Source: an uncultured Gammaproteobacteria bacterium
Lineage (GTDB): Bacteria; Pseudomonadota; Gammaproteobacteria; DATFLG01
Direction: 5' to 3'
DNA: 64,000 bases
NCBI GenBank assembly: GCA_963830105.1
Contig: CAWHLH010000005.1
Coordinates: forward strand, 154,226-218,225
Shown here: positions 39,536 through 53,181 of the stretch, in pieces
Numbering within the stretch: position 1 is the stretch's first letter
Layout of the letters: each line of letters opens with the position of its first letter
Notes under the pieces: generated by a model
Databases searched by the model: none
Told to the model about the DNA's origin: nothing
Seen by the model: the letters and a program-made list of their open reading frames with translations, nothing else
Position numbers and translations under genes: made by a program

Positions 39536-41379
39536 GTTGGGCTCCTTGGTTCGCGGTCAGTTTCGTAGCAGGGCGCCGGCAAGGGCTGGAAGGGACGGCC
39601 TTCGCCGTGCAGGAAGCGGATGAAGAATTCGAACAGAATGAGGCGGGTGGTCTGGATGGAGACCACCAGGCCCTCCAGGGCGATGATGGCGATGTTCCCC
39701 AGGATGTACACCAGCACGCCGCCCACCATGCCCCCGGCCACCTGGGCGAGGCCGCCGACGGCTTCGGAAAGACCGGCGTGGGCCAATGCGAACGCGCCCA
39801 CACGGGCGAATGAAAGCGTGTTCACGGCCAGTTGGAAAAGGTGTTCCACCAGTTCCCCCAGGGCGATGCCGATACGCGCGCCGGGGTTGCCGGTGTGCAG
39901 CCGATAGGCGCCGTACAGATACCAGAGCAGCGCGGCAGCGGCCACCAGGGCGGCATAGGCGGAGAACAGGCTGGCGAGCAGCCCCAGGTACAGCGGGATC
40001 TTGGGTGCTTCCAGATACCACCATTGGCGCGCGGTGCCCCGCCAATGGGCTTGCAGTCCATTGAGCAGCATACCCGCCACCAGCAGCACCACGCCGCCTG
40101 CCAGGGGGAATGCCAGTATGGGAATCGGATGAGCCAGAGGATGCAGCCAAAGAGCAGGGACGATGTCTTCGCGGGCGAACACGCTGCCATAAAGCACCCC
40201 GAATACCATTGCGCTGGCTCCAGCGACGACCAGCAGGCGCATGACCGCAAACCTGCGCTGAAGCATGAGTCCGGCTGCCACCAGGACCAGGCCCTGGCCC
40301 ACGTCGCCGAACATGTAGCCGAACAGCAGCGGCGCCACCAGTGCCAGCAACTGGCTGGGATCCGTTTCGTAGCCGGCGGGCACCCCCAGCAGGCGGGGAA
40401 ACAGCTCGAAGGCGCGTGCCCATGGGGGGTTGCGCAACACCATGGGCGGCATCGCATCGCCAGGCGTGTCCACCAGGTGCACGAGGGCGCGTGCCCCGCT
40501 GCTGTGGATGGCCTGCTGCAGCCCCTCCCCGTCAGGGTCGCTGGTCCAGCCTCGCACCCAGGCGAGGTTCTCGCTGGCAGGAAAGTAGCGTACCTGGGCC
40601 AGGAACCACTCCAGGCGCGCCACATCCCCCAGCACTTCGTGCAGATGGTAGTCGTCCTGGGAGCGCACGATCGCCGCGCGCAATTGGGTGAGCTCGGTGT
40701 CCAATGCCTGCAGCCGGCTTTCCAGGCTGCGCAGCGCCGCCGGCCTATGGCCCGTCAGCCAGGGCGGGACCGGCAGTTGGCGGCCCTGGACAGCGCTCAT
40801 TTCCTGCTCGATCTGGGGCAGCGCCGCCGTCAGTCCCACCGCCAGCAGGAAGAGGTGGTGCGGGCCCTCGATCCACCATGGAAGCACATAGGGCGGCATT
40901 GCCGGCGGCTTTGCGTTGGGGGGTAGAAGATAAGCGGCATAGCCAATGGTCGGGCCGGCCGCGTGCAACGCGCCGATGTCCAGCTGCTCGCCCGGCATGC
41001 TGGCAAACAGGTCGCGCAGGCGTTGAAGGTCGGTGTGCTCGGCCTGGGCCTGTTCGAGACGTTCGATGGTCGGGCCCATGGCCTGCTCCCAGGTGCCGAG
41101 CTGCTTGAGAGCCCGGTCGATCGTGCGGGCAGGACGTCCGGTGACCGCCGAGGGTCTGATGGGCTCCCGTGGCCAGTAGGGGTGATAGCGCCGTTCCAGC
41201 GCGTGGTAGTGACCCAGGCGCGCTTCCAGGTCGGGGCTGGTCTCACTGGTGCCGGTCAGCGCTACGGCGCTCTCCAGTTGTACGCTGCCGGTGCGGGCGA
41301 GGGCCTCGAGGGCAACGGTGAGATCATCCCGGGCCAGCAGGGCCTCGAACCAGCGTGCCGGAAACGGTCGCAGAGCCAT
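39532..41379 (-). CDS. V/A-type ATPase subunit I (a)
   Basis: The real start is MALRPFPARWFEALL (615 aa). It has an N-terminal soluble domain and a C-terminal multi-TM domain with a conserved Arg. Confidence 0.8.
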   Translation of the reverse strand: MALRPFPARWFEALLARDDLTVALEALARTGSVQLESAVALTGTSETSPDLEARLGHYHALERRYHPYWPREPIRPSAVTGRPARTIDRALKQLGTWEQAMGPTIERLEQAQAEHTDLQRLRDLFASMPGEQLDIGALHAAGPTIGYAAYLLPPNAKPPAMPPYVLPWWIEGPHHLFLLAVGLTAALPQIEQEMSAVQGRQLPVPPWLTGHRPAALRSLESRLQALDTELTQLRAAIVRSQDDYHLHEVLGDVARLEWFLAQVRYFPASENLAWVRGWTSDPDGEGLQQAIHSSGARALVHLVDTPGDAMPPMVLRNPPWARAFELFPRLLGVPAGYETDPSQLLALVAPLLFGYMFGDVGQGLVLVAAGLMLQRRFAVMRLLVVAGASAMVFGVLYGSVFAREDIVPALWLHPLAHPIPILAFPLAGGVVLLVAGMLLNGLQAHWRGTARQWWYLEAPKIPLYLGLLASLFSAYAALVAAAALLWYLYGAYRLHTGNPGARIGIALGELVEHLFQLAVNTLSFARVGAFALAHAGLSEAVGGLAQVAGGMVGGVLVYILGNIAIIALEGLVVSIQTTRLILFEFFIRFLHGEGRPFQPLPAPCYETDREPRSPT

Positions 41380-42146
41380 CAGGCGGCCTCCATGCCCTTG
41401 AACAGCACGCGCTCTGCAATCTCGCCCCGCAGGCGTTCCAGATCCAGCGCGACCAAGCCAAGATGGGCGAACGTCGCGGCCGGCTGTTGGCGATAGCGCC
41501 TGAAGAATCGCAACAGGACAGTGCCGAGGGACTCCCGCGCCGCCCGGCCGCTGTCGCCCGGGGCGACAGCCATCACATCGATATGGGTCTGGACGCGCTG
41601 CAACAGCAGGTTGAGCACATGCCCATGGGTTCCGGCGCCAGCCGGCCACAGCGTGCGCCAGTGTGTCACCCAGCCGGCGCGTAACGTCTGCCCGCGGCTC
41701 CAGGCGCCGATCATGGGAAACCAGCGTGACCGCGCAAGGGCCTCGCGGCGCGCCGTGCGGCTGTCGTGGACGATGTCCTGCAGGCGGGGGTCGGCGCGGA
41801 TCCATACCGGCAGTTGTTCGGCGGTCAGCAGTTCACGCAGCAGCGGAAGCATGGGCAGCTCCGCCGCCCATGCCACCGCAGGACGCCATGGGGCGGGTTG
41901 CCAACGGGCGGTCTGCAGAACGTAATCGTGAAAATGACGCCGCAGCTGGGCCGCCATTTCGTGGACGGGAACCTGGTGGCCCAGGCCCAGCACCCAGGGG
42001 CGCAGTTCGGTGGTGCGGGCGGTCTGCAGGTAGTGGGATGGGTCGCGGATGGTGGCCAGGCGCCGCCAGTCCGCTTCGCTGGGCCGGCGCCCATGGCGGG
42101 CCTGCAGGCGGGCCTGCGCATATGCGAAGCGGTCCGACGGAATCAT
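41379..42146 (-). CDS. V/A-type ATPase subunit C (d)-like
   Basis: 255 aa, starting MIPSDRFAYAQARLQARHG. Its stop and start overlap subunit I. It is shorter than canonical subunit d, so the assignment is by operon position. Confidence 0.5.
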   Translation of the reverse strand: MIPSDRFAYAQARLQARHGRRPSEADWRRLATIRDPSHYLQTARTTELRPWVLGLGHQVPVHEMAAQLRRHFHDYVLQTARWQPAPWRPAVAWAAELPMLPLLRELLTAEQLPVWIRADPRLQDIVHDSRTARREALARSRWFPMIGAWSRGQTLRAGWVTHWRTLWPAGAGTHGHVLNLLLQRVQTHIDVMAVAPGDSGRAARESLGTVLLRFFRRYRQQPAATFAHLGLVALDLERLRGEIAERVLFKGMEAA

Positions 42147-42505
42147 TTGGGTGGTTCCCGGTCGATTCTGGCGCCCCCGGTCAGTTCGGCCGCCAAGCGT
42201 TCTGCGACGGCGTCCAGTTCCTCGTCCGGCAGTGCAACCCGCCGGCTGTCGCTCGCCAGGATGCCGTGTTGCTCGACCACCAACTGATCGATGGCCTTGT
42301 GTACGGCGCGGGTGCAGCGCAGATGGGTGCGGGTCATGCGGGCGTCGGCGCGCGCGTGTATGTCGGCCGCCTTGACGCGTGCGGCATCCAGCAGGAACTC
42401 CGCCTCGTGCCGGCAGGCTTCGATCGCCTGCTGAACGTCCCGTTCGGCCAGCAGCACGGCCGTGATGGCGGCATCCGGACTGCGGCTGTCCACGGGGCGG
42501 CTCAT
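42143..42505 (-). CDS. Small V-ATPase-associated protein (G/H-like), first gene of the operon
   Basis: 120-aa helical protein that overlaps the next gene by 4 nt. The assignment is by position only. Confidence 0.4.
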   Translation of the reverse strand: MSRPVDSRSPDAAITAVLLAERDVQQAIEACRHEAEFLLDAARVKAADIHARADARMTRTHLRCTRAVHKAIDQLVVEQHGILASDSRRVALPDEELDAVAERLAAELTGGARIDREPPK

Positions 42506-42606
42506 TGATCTGATGTCCTGGGTTGCGGATTCCGTGAGCGCGGCACAAGCCGGGGCGCTATGGCTGCCACGGTTCAGTTGCCATCATAGTCAGGGTGCTT
42601 CCGGCC

Positions 42607-42643
42607 AAACATGACCTGAAGCAATATTTTGTCCTTGGGGACC
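42607..42643 (-). promoter_or_regulatory. Candidate sigma70 promoter for the V-type ATPase operon
   Basis: On the minus strand: TTGACAgggtccccaaggacaaaATATTG in an AT-richer patch upstream of the first operon gene. Confidence 0.25.
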
Positions 42644-42991
42644 CTGTCAACTTCAGGATAAAGGGTATGGCGCGCGAGGTCGAGATCGTCCAAAGGGAGG
42701 GGCCGGATGGCTATCTGCGCGCGTCTCCCGGGCCCCGGCAGCCGCCGCCGGCGCGTCCGGTTGTTCTGCGCGCGGGGCGATTCAGCGGGGACCGACGAGG
42801 TGCGCGGACTGGCCGGCGAGGGGAAGGACATCCGAGCCTATGGGCCGCGGTGTGTCGGGACCTGGGGGAGGGCCCGCGGCGGCGGCATGACGGCCAGAGC
42901 CCGGTCGCTGTCCTGCAGTGGCTGGCACCGCACCGGGACTGCGTGGGTGGTCGGGCGGGGTCGTTCCACGATTCGTGCCGCGGCAGCGCGA

Positions 42992-43861
42992 TCAGTGCAC
43001 GATATCCACTTTCAACCATACGCGGTCGCGGCTCTCGCCCCGCTGCTCTGTGCGGTAGACCGTACCCGCGTCCTGCTGGTCCGTGGCGCCGGCGGCCCCG
43101 CCCAGATCCAGCCAGTGCCCGACCTTGCCGGAGACGGTGGTGGTCAACTGCTGGCTGGTTATCATGCCGCCGCCCTCGGGTGCGAGAGCTTGCCGCTGGG
43201 GGCTGATGTCAACGGTTGCCGTGTCCCCCTTGATACGCGCCCGTACGTAGAAACCCGAACCGATGTCCTTGTAGGCCAGGGTGTCCTGAACCACCGGCTG
43301 GCCGTTCACCCAGGACACCGATTGCTGCGGTACGGGGAATGAAAGGCCGAAACGAATGAGGGCGTCGCGGCCTTCGACCACCTGCAGTTGCTGAACATCG
43401 TTGTGGGTGTCCCGGGATTCGGTGCTGAGCACGCGGCTATGGACTTCACCGTCGGCGCCCCGGTGGACGACGTTCAGGCCGGGCCCTACTCCCCGGTCGG
43501 TACTGTAGACGCGGGCGCGGCCGGTCCCTGCGCCACCGCCGGCATCGAGGCCCAACGCCTTCATTTGGGAACGGCTTGCCCGCCGTACGGTGATTCGCAA
43601 TCGCTGGGGGGCCTTGTCGAGCTGGTGAACCACCGCTTCCAGTTCCTGCATCCGCGCCGGGGCGGCGCGGACGATGAGCTGATAACCGGTGCCGGTCATG
43701 GCTTCGTCCTGGGCGAGCAGCGGTCGCAGGATGGGGATGATCTCGCTCGCGCTGCGATGGTGGAGCTCGATGACGTGCAGCGTCGTGTCCGCCCGGCCCG
43801 GCATTGCCAGCACGCATGACAGCAGCATCAGAGGCAGGATCAACAGGTGTCGCATCGTCAT
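42992..43861 (-). CDS. Mini secretin-like exported protein (secretin_N-like domain plus a short secretin-like C-terminus)
   Basis: It has a signal peptide (MTMRHLLILPLMLLSCVLAMPGRA), a secretin N-domain pattern (TLHVIELHHRSASEIIPILRPLL...YQLIVRAAPARMQELEAVVHQLD), and a C-terminus ...TVSGKVGHWLDLGG...RVWLKVDIVH that resembles the secretin core end. It is only about 290 aa. Confidence 0.4.
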   Translation of the reverse strand: MTMRHLLILPLMLLSCVLAMPGRADTTLHVIELHHRSASEIIPILRPLLAQDEAMTGTGYQLIVRAAPARMQELEAVVHQLDKAPQRLRITVRRASRSQMKALGLDAGGGAGTGRARVYSTDRGVGPGLNVVHRGADGEVHSRVLSTESRDTHNDVQQLQVVEGRDALIRFGLSFPVPQQSVSWVNGQPVVQDTLAYKDIGSGFYVRARIKGDTATVDISPQRQALAPEGGGMITSQQLTTTVSGKVGHWLDLGGAAGATDQQDAGTVYRTEQRGESRDRVWLKVDIVH

Positions 43862-43872
43862 GACCGGTCCAG

Positions 43873-44430
43873 TCACAGGTGCAGCCGCCGCAGTTCGGGA
43901 TCCGGAACGCTGCGCTCCCAGACCTCGTTGAACCATTGGGTCAGCTGCCTGGCGTGCAGCCCCGCCCGGAAGCGGGCGGAGCCCTCATAGCGCGTTGCCA
44001 GTGTGCGATGCAGCGTGCCCACTGCATCGGCAATGAGAAAGGCTTCGGCAAAGTCCCGTACATCATCGTGGGCCTTGCGAATCTGAATAAAGGTGCTCAG
44101 GTTGCGTGCCAAGTCCACCAGTCGGTGGCCGTCCTTCACCGCGCGTCGCGAGTCCTTCACCAGCACGCGCACGCGGCTGTGGCGGCTGCGCAGGGCCAGT
44201 GCCCGAATGGCGTCCAGCAAAGGCGGGTGGTCGTAGACCGAGGGTTCCAGGTCGAAGGTGAAGATATCCAGTGTCCGGCGGGCCTGACCGACGAGTGAGA
44301 GGGCGGCCGCCCGGTTGTCGGCCCAGCTTTCCAATGGCAGCGTCTGGCTGGATTCCCCCAGTACACAGTGGCTGAACCCGTTGCCGCTCACGGGGTCGTT
44401 CGCTTGTTGGCCGTCGTGGTCGACCATCAT
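43873..44430 (-). CDS. Hypothetical protein
   Basis: 185 aa, starting MMVDHDGQQ. It sits between the GNAT gene and the mini-secretin gene with 4-nt and 12-nt spacing. Confidence 0.4.
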   Translation of the reverse strand: MMVDHDGQQANDPVSGNGFSHCVLGESSQTLPLESWADNRAAALSLVGQARRTLDIFTFDLEPSVYDHPPLLDAIRALALRSRHSRVRVLVKDSRRAVKDGHRLVDLARNLSTFIQIRKAHDDVRDFAEAFLIADAVGTLHRTLATRYEGSARFRAGLHARQLTQWFNEVWERSVPDPELRRLHL

Positions 44431-44975
44431 GGACGTTGTCCGTTGGCACTCACTTTCGCCTCTGGTACCACGGTCGTCAGAACCATTCGGCGGTGTGGGA
44501 TGCCTGCCTCCCGGAACGGTTCCCCCTTCGCCTGGAACCCCCGGTGGGCGTAGAACTCGACGGTCTGCAACTGGGCATCGAGCCACACGGGCGCCAGCTG
44601 GTGTTGTCTGGCGAGTGCGGTCAAGGTGCGAAGCAGCAAACCGCCGACGCCTCGGCCCCTCCAGCCGGACAGCACCGCCAGCCGGCCGATCTGGCCGTCG
44701 GGTTTGAGTCGACCGGTGCCGATGGCTTGGCCGGTCCCGTCCTGTGCCAGCACGTGCAGGCACTGGCTGTCGACCGCCTCGTTCCATTCCAGCTCTGCGG
44801 GGATGTTCTGCTCGCGCACGAAAACGGCCTCGCGTACGGCTCGTAGCAGGCCGCGGTCCTGGGGCAGGCTCCAGTCCGCCAGTCGGGCATGGAAATGGCT
44901 CGTGGTGGTCACGGCGGATGTCTCGCACGCGGCGCAAGCCCCATCGTGGTCGGCTGCGCCTGACTTGCCTGCCAT
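44427..44975 (-). CDS. GNAT family N-acetyltransferase
   Basis: It has the acetyl-CoA binding block LAVLSGWRGRGVGGLLL. Confidence 0.7.
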   Translation of the reverse strand: MAGKSGAADHDGACAACETSAVTTTSHFHARLADWSLPQDRGLLRAVREAVFVREQNIPAELEWNEAVDSQCLHVLAQDGTGQAIGTGRLKPDGQIGRLAVLSGWRGRGVGGLLLRTLTALARQHQLAPVWLDAQLQTVEFYAHRGFQAKGEPFREAGIPHRRMVLTTVVPEAKVSANGQRP

Positions 44976-45139
44976 GGTGCCGTCAATACCCCGTCATGTC
45001 CAGGCTGCGACCAACGCCGGGTATGCTTGAACTGTGATGCCGGGCCTGACGGGACAAGAGCGGGGTATGGGTGCCTCCGCGGCGGCCGGGTGGGCACCGT
45101 GTCGCCCCTGTTGCCAGGGGGTGCGCACCAGGAACCGGT

Positions 45140-49301
<4,162 letters not shown>

Positions 49302-49411
49302 GCTGACTCCTGGAAATTGCACATCAGGCAAGCCCTTAATTATGGGCGATCTGGTCCGCGCTTGATAGACCTTCGCGAAACGGGGGCCGCTCGGCGGTGA
49401 TGGTCAGACGC

Positions 49412-50044
49412 TCAAGGGGGGGTGGCTTCGCTCAGCAACTGCTCCGCGGCTGTCAGCAGGGTCGAGCGGCCGAACAGCAGGTTCCAGCGACCGCCGCCGG
49501 ACTGGCGCCAGAGCACGGCGGAGCGGATGCCGGCGAGCAGCAACGCACGGATCAGCCGGGCCCGGTCCGGGTCTTCCAGGAAGGTCGGCTCGCCGTGCAC
49601 CACGATCCTCGGGGTGAGCGTGCTGATGGTACTGCGGTACAGGTCTGCCAGGGCAGCGACAACTGTTCCGTGGGTGCGGGAAAAATACCCGACCTGGACA
49701 CTGATCCGTTCGATGCCGGTGCGCAATGCCTCCAGCAGGTCTCGGCGCCTGCGCAAGCGTCGTTCCAGATGGAGCAGGGTGACAGCGTAGCGGGTGATTT
49801 CCAGTCCGGCCGGCGAGCGTGGATTGCCCAACTGGGTCCGCAGCGTTTCCAGGCCGGTGCGCACCCCGGCGATCCCGCCGTAGATTTCCGCCGTGTCGGC
49901 AGCATCGAGGTAGAACAGGGTGCCGATGGTGGTTTCCACGGCCTGTGGGTCGGCCTGTCCCTGGCGAGCCACCTGCTGTACCAGCGCAGTAGCCTGGAAG
50001 ACACCCGCGAGGGCCAGGCAGCGGTCGCTGAGCGAGCGGCTCAT
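49412..50044 (-). CDS. hflD: High frequency lysogenization protein HflD
   Basis: Its N-terminus LALAGVFQATALVQQVARQG matches the E. coli HflD pattern LALAGICQSARLVQQLAHQG. About 210 aa. Confidence 0.75.
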   Translation of the reverse strand: MSRSLSDRCLALAGVFQATALVQQVARQGQADPQAVETTIGTLFYLDAADTAEIYGGIAGVRTGLETLRTQLGNPRSPAGLEITRYAVTLLHLERRLRRRRDLLEALRTGIERISVQVGYFSRTHGTVVAALADLYRSTISTLTPRIVVHGEPTFLEDPDRARLIRALLLAGIRSAVLWRQSGGGRWNLLFGRSTLLTAAEQLLSEATPP

Positions 50045-50072
50045 GGCCGGGGATCCCGGCGCGAATCGCCGT

Positions 50073-51164
50073 TCATTGCGCCCATGGTTCACCTTCGGCT
50101 GCCTCTATGGTCGCTCCGCCCAGGCATTCGTCGCCGTCGTAGAACACCACGGCCTGACCGGGGGTCACCGCCCGTTGGGGCTGGTCGAATTCGACCCGGC
50201 AGCGCTCGCCGGGGAGCCCGGAGACGGTGCAGGGCTGCTCCGCCTGCCGGTAGCGCACCTTTGCGCCACAGCGCAGCGGCATGCGCGGAGGCCGGCCGGC
50301 AATCCAACTCGGAGCGGCGGCGAGCAGCGTACGCCGGTACAGCGCGGCATGGTCGTGACCCTGGGCGACAAGCAGCACATTGCGCTGCAGATCCTTGCCT
50401 GCCACATACCAGGGCTCGCCTGCGTGTTGCGCCTGTCCGCCGATACCGAGACCCTGGCGCTGGCCCTGTGTGTAGAAGATCAGGCCATGGTGGGTTCCCA
50501 ACGTCTCGCCTTCCACGCTCCTTATCTCTCCGGGCTGCGCCGGCAGGTAGCGACCCAGAAAGTCGCGAAACTTGCGTTCGCCGATGAAGCAGATGCCTGT
50601 GCTGTCCTTCTTGGCGTGGTTGGGAAATCCCGCATCCGCCGCGATGCGCCGCACCTCGGGCTTGTGCAGATGGCCGATGGGAAACAGGCTGCGGGACAAC
50701 TGGTCCTGGGCCAGGGAGTGAAGGAAATAGGTCTGATCCTTGTCGGGGTCGGTTCCCTTCAGCAACCGCACGACGCCGTTCGCGTGAAGGCGAGCGTAGT
50801 GGCCGGTGGCGATGCGGTCGGCGCCCAAGTCCAACGCGTGGTCGAGAAAGGCGCGGAACTTGATCTCCTTGTTGCACATGACGTCCGGGTTTGGCGTGCG
50901 CCCGGCCTGGTATTCGTCCAGGAAGTATCTGAATACGCGGTCCCAGTATTGGGCTGAGAAACTGACCTTGTGCAGTGCGATACCCAGGCATTCGCACACG
51001 GCGCGGGCGTCGGCCAGGTCCTGCTCGGCGGGACAGTGACCCTCTTCGTCGTCTTCATCCCAGTTCTTCATGAACAGGCCGGCGACATCATGGCCCTGCT
51101 CCAGCAGAAGGAGCGCGGCAACGGCCGAATCCACGCCGCCGGAAAGGCCTACCACCACGCGCAT
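50073..51164 (-). CDS. mnmA: tRNA-specific 2-thiouridylase MnmA
   Basis: It has the PP-loop [18 protein letters not shown] and the catalytic Cys region. 363 aa. Confidence 0.9.
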   Translation of the reverse strand: MRVVVGLSGGVDSAVAALLLLEQGHDVAGLFMKNWDEDDEEGHCPAEQDLADARAVCECLGIALHKVSFSAQYWDRVFRYFLDEYQAGRTPNPDVMCNKEIKFRAFLDHALDLGADRIATGHYARLHANGVVRLLKGTDPDKDQTYFLHSLAQDQLSRSLFPIGHLHKPEVRRIAADAGFPNHAKKDSTGICFIGERKFRDFLGRYLPAQPGEIRSVEGETLGTHHGLIFYTQGQRQGLGIGGQAQHAGEPWYVAGKDLQRNVLLVAQGHDHAALYRRTLLAAAPSWIAGRPPRMPLRCGAKVRYRQAEQPCTVSGLPGERCRVEFDQPQRAVTPGQAVVFYDGDECLGGATIEAAEGEPWAQ

Positions 51165-51344
51165 GATCTTCCTTTCCAGGCAGGGCGCAGCCCGGGACCA
51201 TGATCGGAAGGCATCCACAAAGGGGGAAGTCCGGTCATGGTTGTACAGGCACGTGCGCTGAGCGCGGCGGGCATTCGGCCGCGCGCGGACATGGAGGCCT
51301 CGCATGACCGGAGCGGGTCCGGGCGCTGCAGTCGGAATCGTAGG

Positions 51345-51800
51345 TCACTCACCTTGCTCCATATCCACAAGCATCGCCAACGGATAGCGGCGGCCGGCAA
51401 TGTAGTCGTCGATCGAGCGCAGCACCAGCGGGCTGCGCAGGTGCGCCGTGCGGGCCTCGATCTGATCGCGACTCAGCCAGACCGTACGTATGATTTCGGT
51501 ATCCAGCGGCTGGTCGGGCTGATGGTCTTCGCAGCGCCCGGAGAACGTGATGCGCAAATAGGTCCTGCCGTTTTCCGGTACCCGCCAGCGGTAGATGCCG
51601 ACAATCGCTTCCGGTACGAAGCCCCAGGCGGTCTCCTCGCGGGCCTCGCGAATGACCGCCGCTGTCAGGCCTTCCCCTTCATCGAGGTGGCCGGCCGGTT
51701 GGTTGAGAACCCGCTTGCCGTCGATGCGTTCCTCGACGAGCAGGAAACGACCGTCGCGCTGTACAACGGCGGCGACCGTGACGTGGGGCTTCCAGGTCAT
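51345..51800 (-). CDS. nudJ: NUDIX hydrolase NudJ-like
   Basis: MTWKPHVTVAAVV...NQPAGHLDEGEGLTAAVIREAREETAW (Nudix box) ...LRSPLV aligns with E. coli NudJ. The position after mnmA matches E. coli. Confidence 0.75.
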   Translation of the reverse strand: MTWKPHVTVAAVVQRDGRFLLVEERIDGKRVLNQPAGHLDEGEGLTAAVIREAREETAWGFVPEAIVGIYRWRVPENGRTYLRITFSGRCEDHQPDQPLDTEIIRTVWLSRDQIEARTAHLRSPLVLRSIDDYIAGRRYPLAMLVDMEQGE

Positions 51801-51953
51801 CGGGCCCACGGCGGACACCGGCGTGGCGCGCCACGAGGCAGTGCCCTGCGAATTGGGCGGTGCTCGCTCAAAAGCAGCCTATCCATTTGATATTAATGAC
51901 ATAGTATTCTGTCAATGAGTAACTTTACAGGAGCCGGGGCGGCCGGTCCACGC

Positions 51954-51982
51954 TTGACAAACGTGGACCAGCCAGTGATAAC
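51954..51982 (+). promoter_or_regulatory. Candidate sigma70 promoter (TTGACA-N17-GATAAC) for the exported-protein gene
   Basis: ttgaca (51954-51959), a 17-nt spacer, then gataac. A ggaggagg RBS lies before the ATG at 52143. Confidence 0.35.
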
Positions 51983-52142
51983 TAGCCCGTGGCCTAGCAT
52001 CGCCACCGGCGGTGTGCGTGGCGTTACGTTGCGCGCGGCCAGCCCATGCAGGGCACTATAACTAAAACTACCCGTCGGGCCGCTCGTGCTCGTGGGGCCA
52101 AGAACCAGAACTAGAAACGTCAATAATGGAGGAGGAGTTGAC

Positions 52143-53042
52143 ATGGTGAAATCCCTCATACGCGCCGCCGTTGTGTCCGGTCTGACGCTGGTGGCCGCTA
52201 ACGGCGCCCAGGCAGCGAATCAGGACCTCAAGCCGTTTATCCTCGGCTACGAGACCACCGGTAACATGACCAAGGTGGCCGATCAGGTCAAAGACAAGCT
52301 CAAGTCCGCCGGCTTCGACATCGCCGGTTCCTACACGCCGTACCAGGGCGCGATGGTTATTGCAGTCACCAACCAGCAGCTGAAGGAAGGCGCCGCCAAG
52401 TCGAAATTCGGCGGTTACGGGGCTGCCCAGCGCGTGTCCCTGACCGAGGTCAACGGCCAGATCCAGGTGTCGTATACCAATCCCGTGTACATGGAGGACG
52501 CCTACCGCATGGATGCCAACTATGCGCCCGTGCTCAAGGAACTCAAGACGGCATTGGGTGACAAGGAGGCCTACGGGCCGAAGGAAGGACTGACCGCAAG
52601 CAAGCTGCGCAAGTACCACTACATGTTCGGTATGGAGTACTTCACCGATCCCAGCCACCTGGCCGAGTACGACAACTACAAGGACGCGGTGGCGGCTGTG
52701 GAGAAGGGGCTGGCCGAGGGCAAGGGCGGCGCCCATAAGGTTTACCGCATCGACATCCCGGGCAAGGACCAGACCGTATTCGGTGTTGCCTTGACCAAGG
52801 GCTGCAGCGGTGACAAGTACATCATGAACAACATCGACTTCAAGCCCATTCGTTCCACACCCCATCTGCCCTACGAGGTGCTGGTGAACGGCAAGAATGT
52901 CTATGCCCTGTACGCGCGGTTCCGGATTGCGATCAACTTCCCTGACCTGGCCATGATGGGTCACCACAGCTTCGTCAACATCATGTGCGCTCCCGGCGCC
53001 ATTGAGAAGTCCCTGACCGAAGCGGCGGGAGGCAAGATCTGA
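52143..53042 (+). CDS. Exported protein of unknown function (possibly a tandem DUF302-like fold)
   Basis: It has a signal peptide ([25 protein letters not shown]), a strong RBS, and a rho-independent terminator immediately downstream. Confidence 0.55.
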   Translation: MVKSLIRAAVVSGLTLVAANGAQAANQDLKPFILGYETTGNMTKVADQVKDKLKSAGFDIAGSYTPYQGAMVIAVTNQQLKEGAAKSKFGGYGAAQRVSLTEVNGQIQVSYTNPVYMEDAYRMDANYAPVLKELKTALGDKEAYGPKEGLTASKLRKYHYMFGMEYFTDPSHLAEYDNYKDAVAAVEKGLAEGKGGAHKVYRIDIPGKDQTVFGVALTKGCSGDKYIMNNIDFKPIRSTPHLPYEVLVNGKNVYALYARFRIAINFPDLAMMGHHSFVNIMCAPGAIEKSLTEAAGGKI

Positions 53043-53072
53043 TATCACACGGTTCGGCACCACGATCTTACA

Positions 53073-53100
53073 GCCCCCGCTCGAAGCGGGGGTTTTTTTT
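53073..53100 (+). terminator. Rho-independent terminator
   Basis: The stem cccccgc / tcgaa loop / gcggggg is followed by T8. Confidence 0.7.
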
Positions 53101-53181
53101 GGCTCGTTGACGTTAGCCGTGGCAGCTGCCGGATGGTACAATCCGGTCCCCGCTTTTGTGCATTGTCATGGGTACGCTTCA

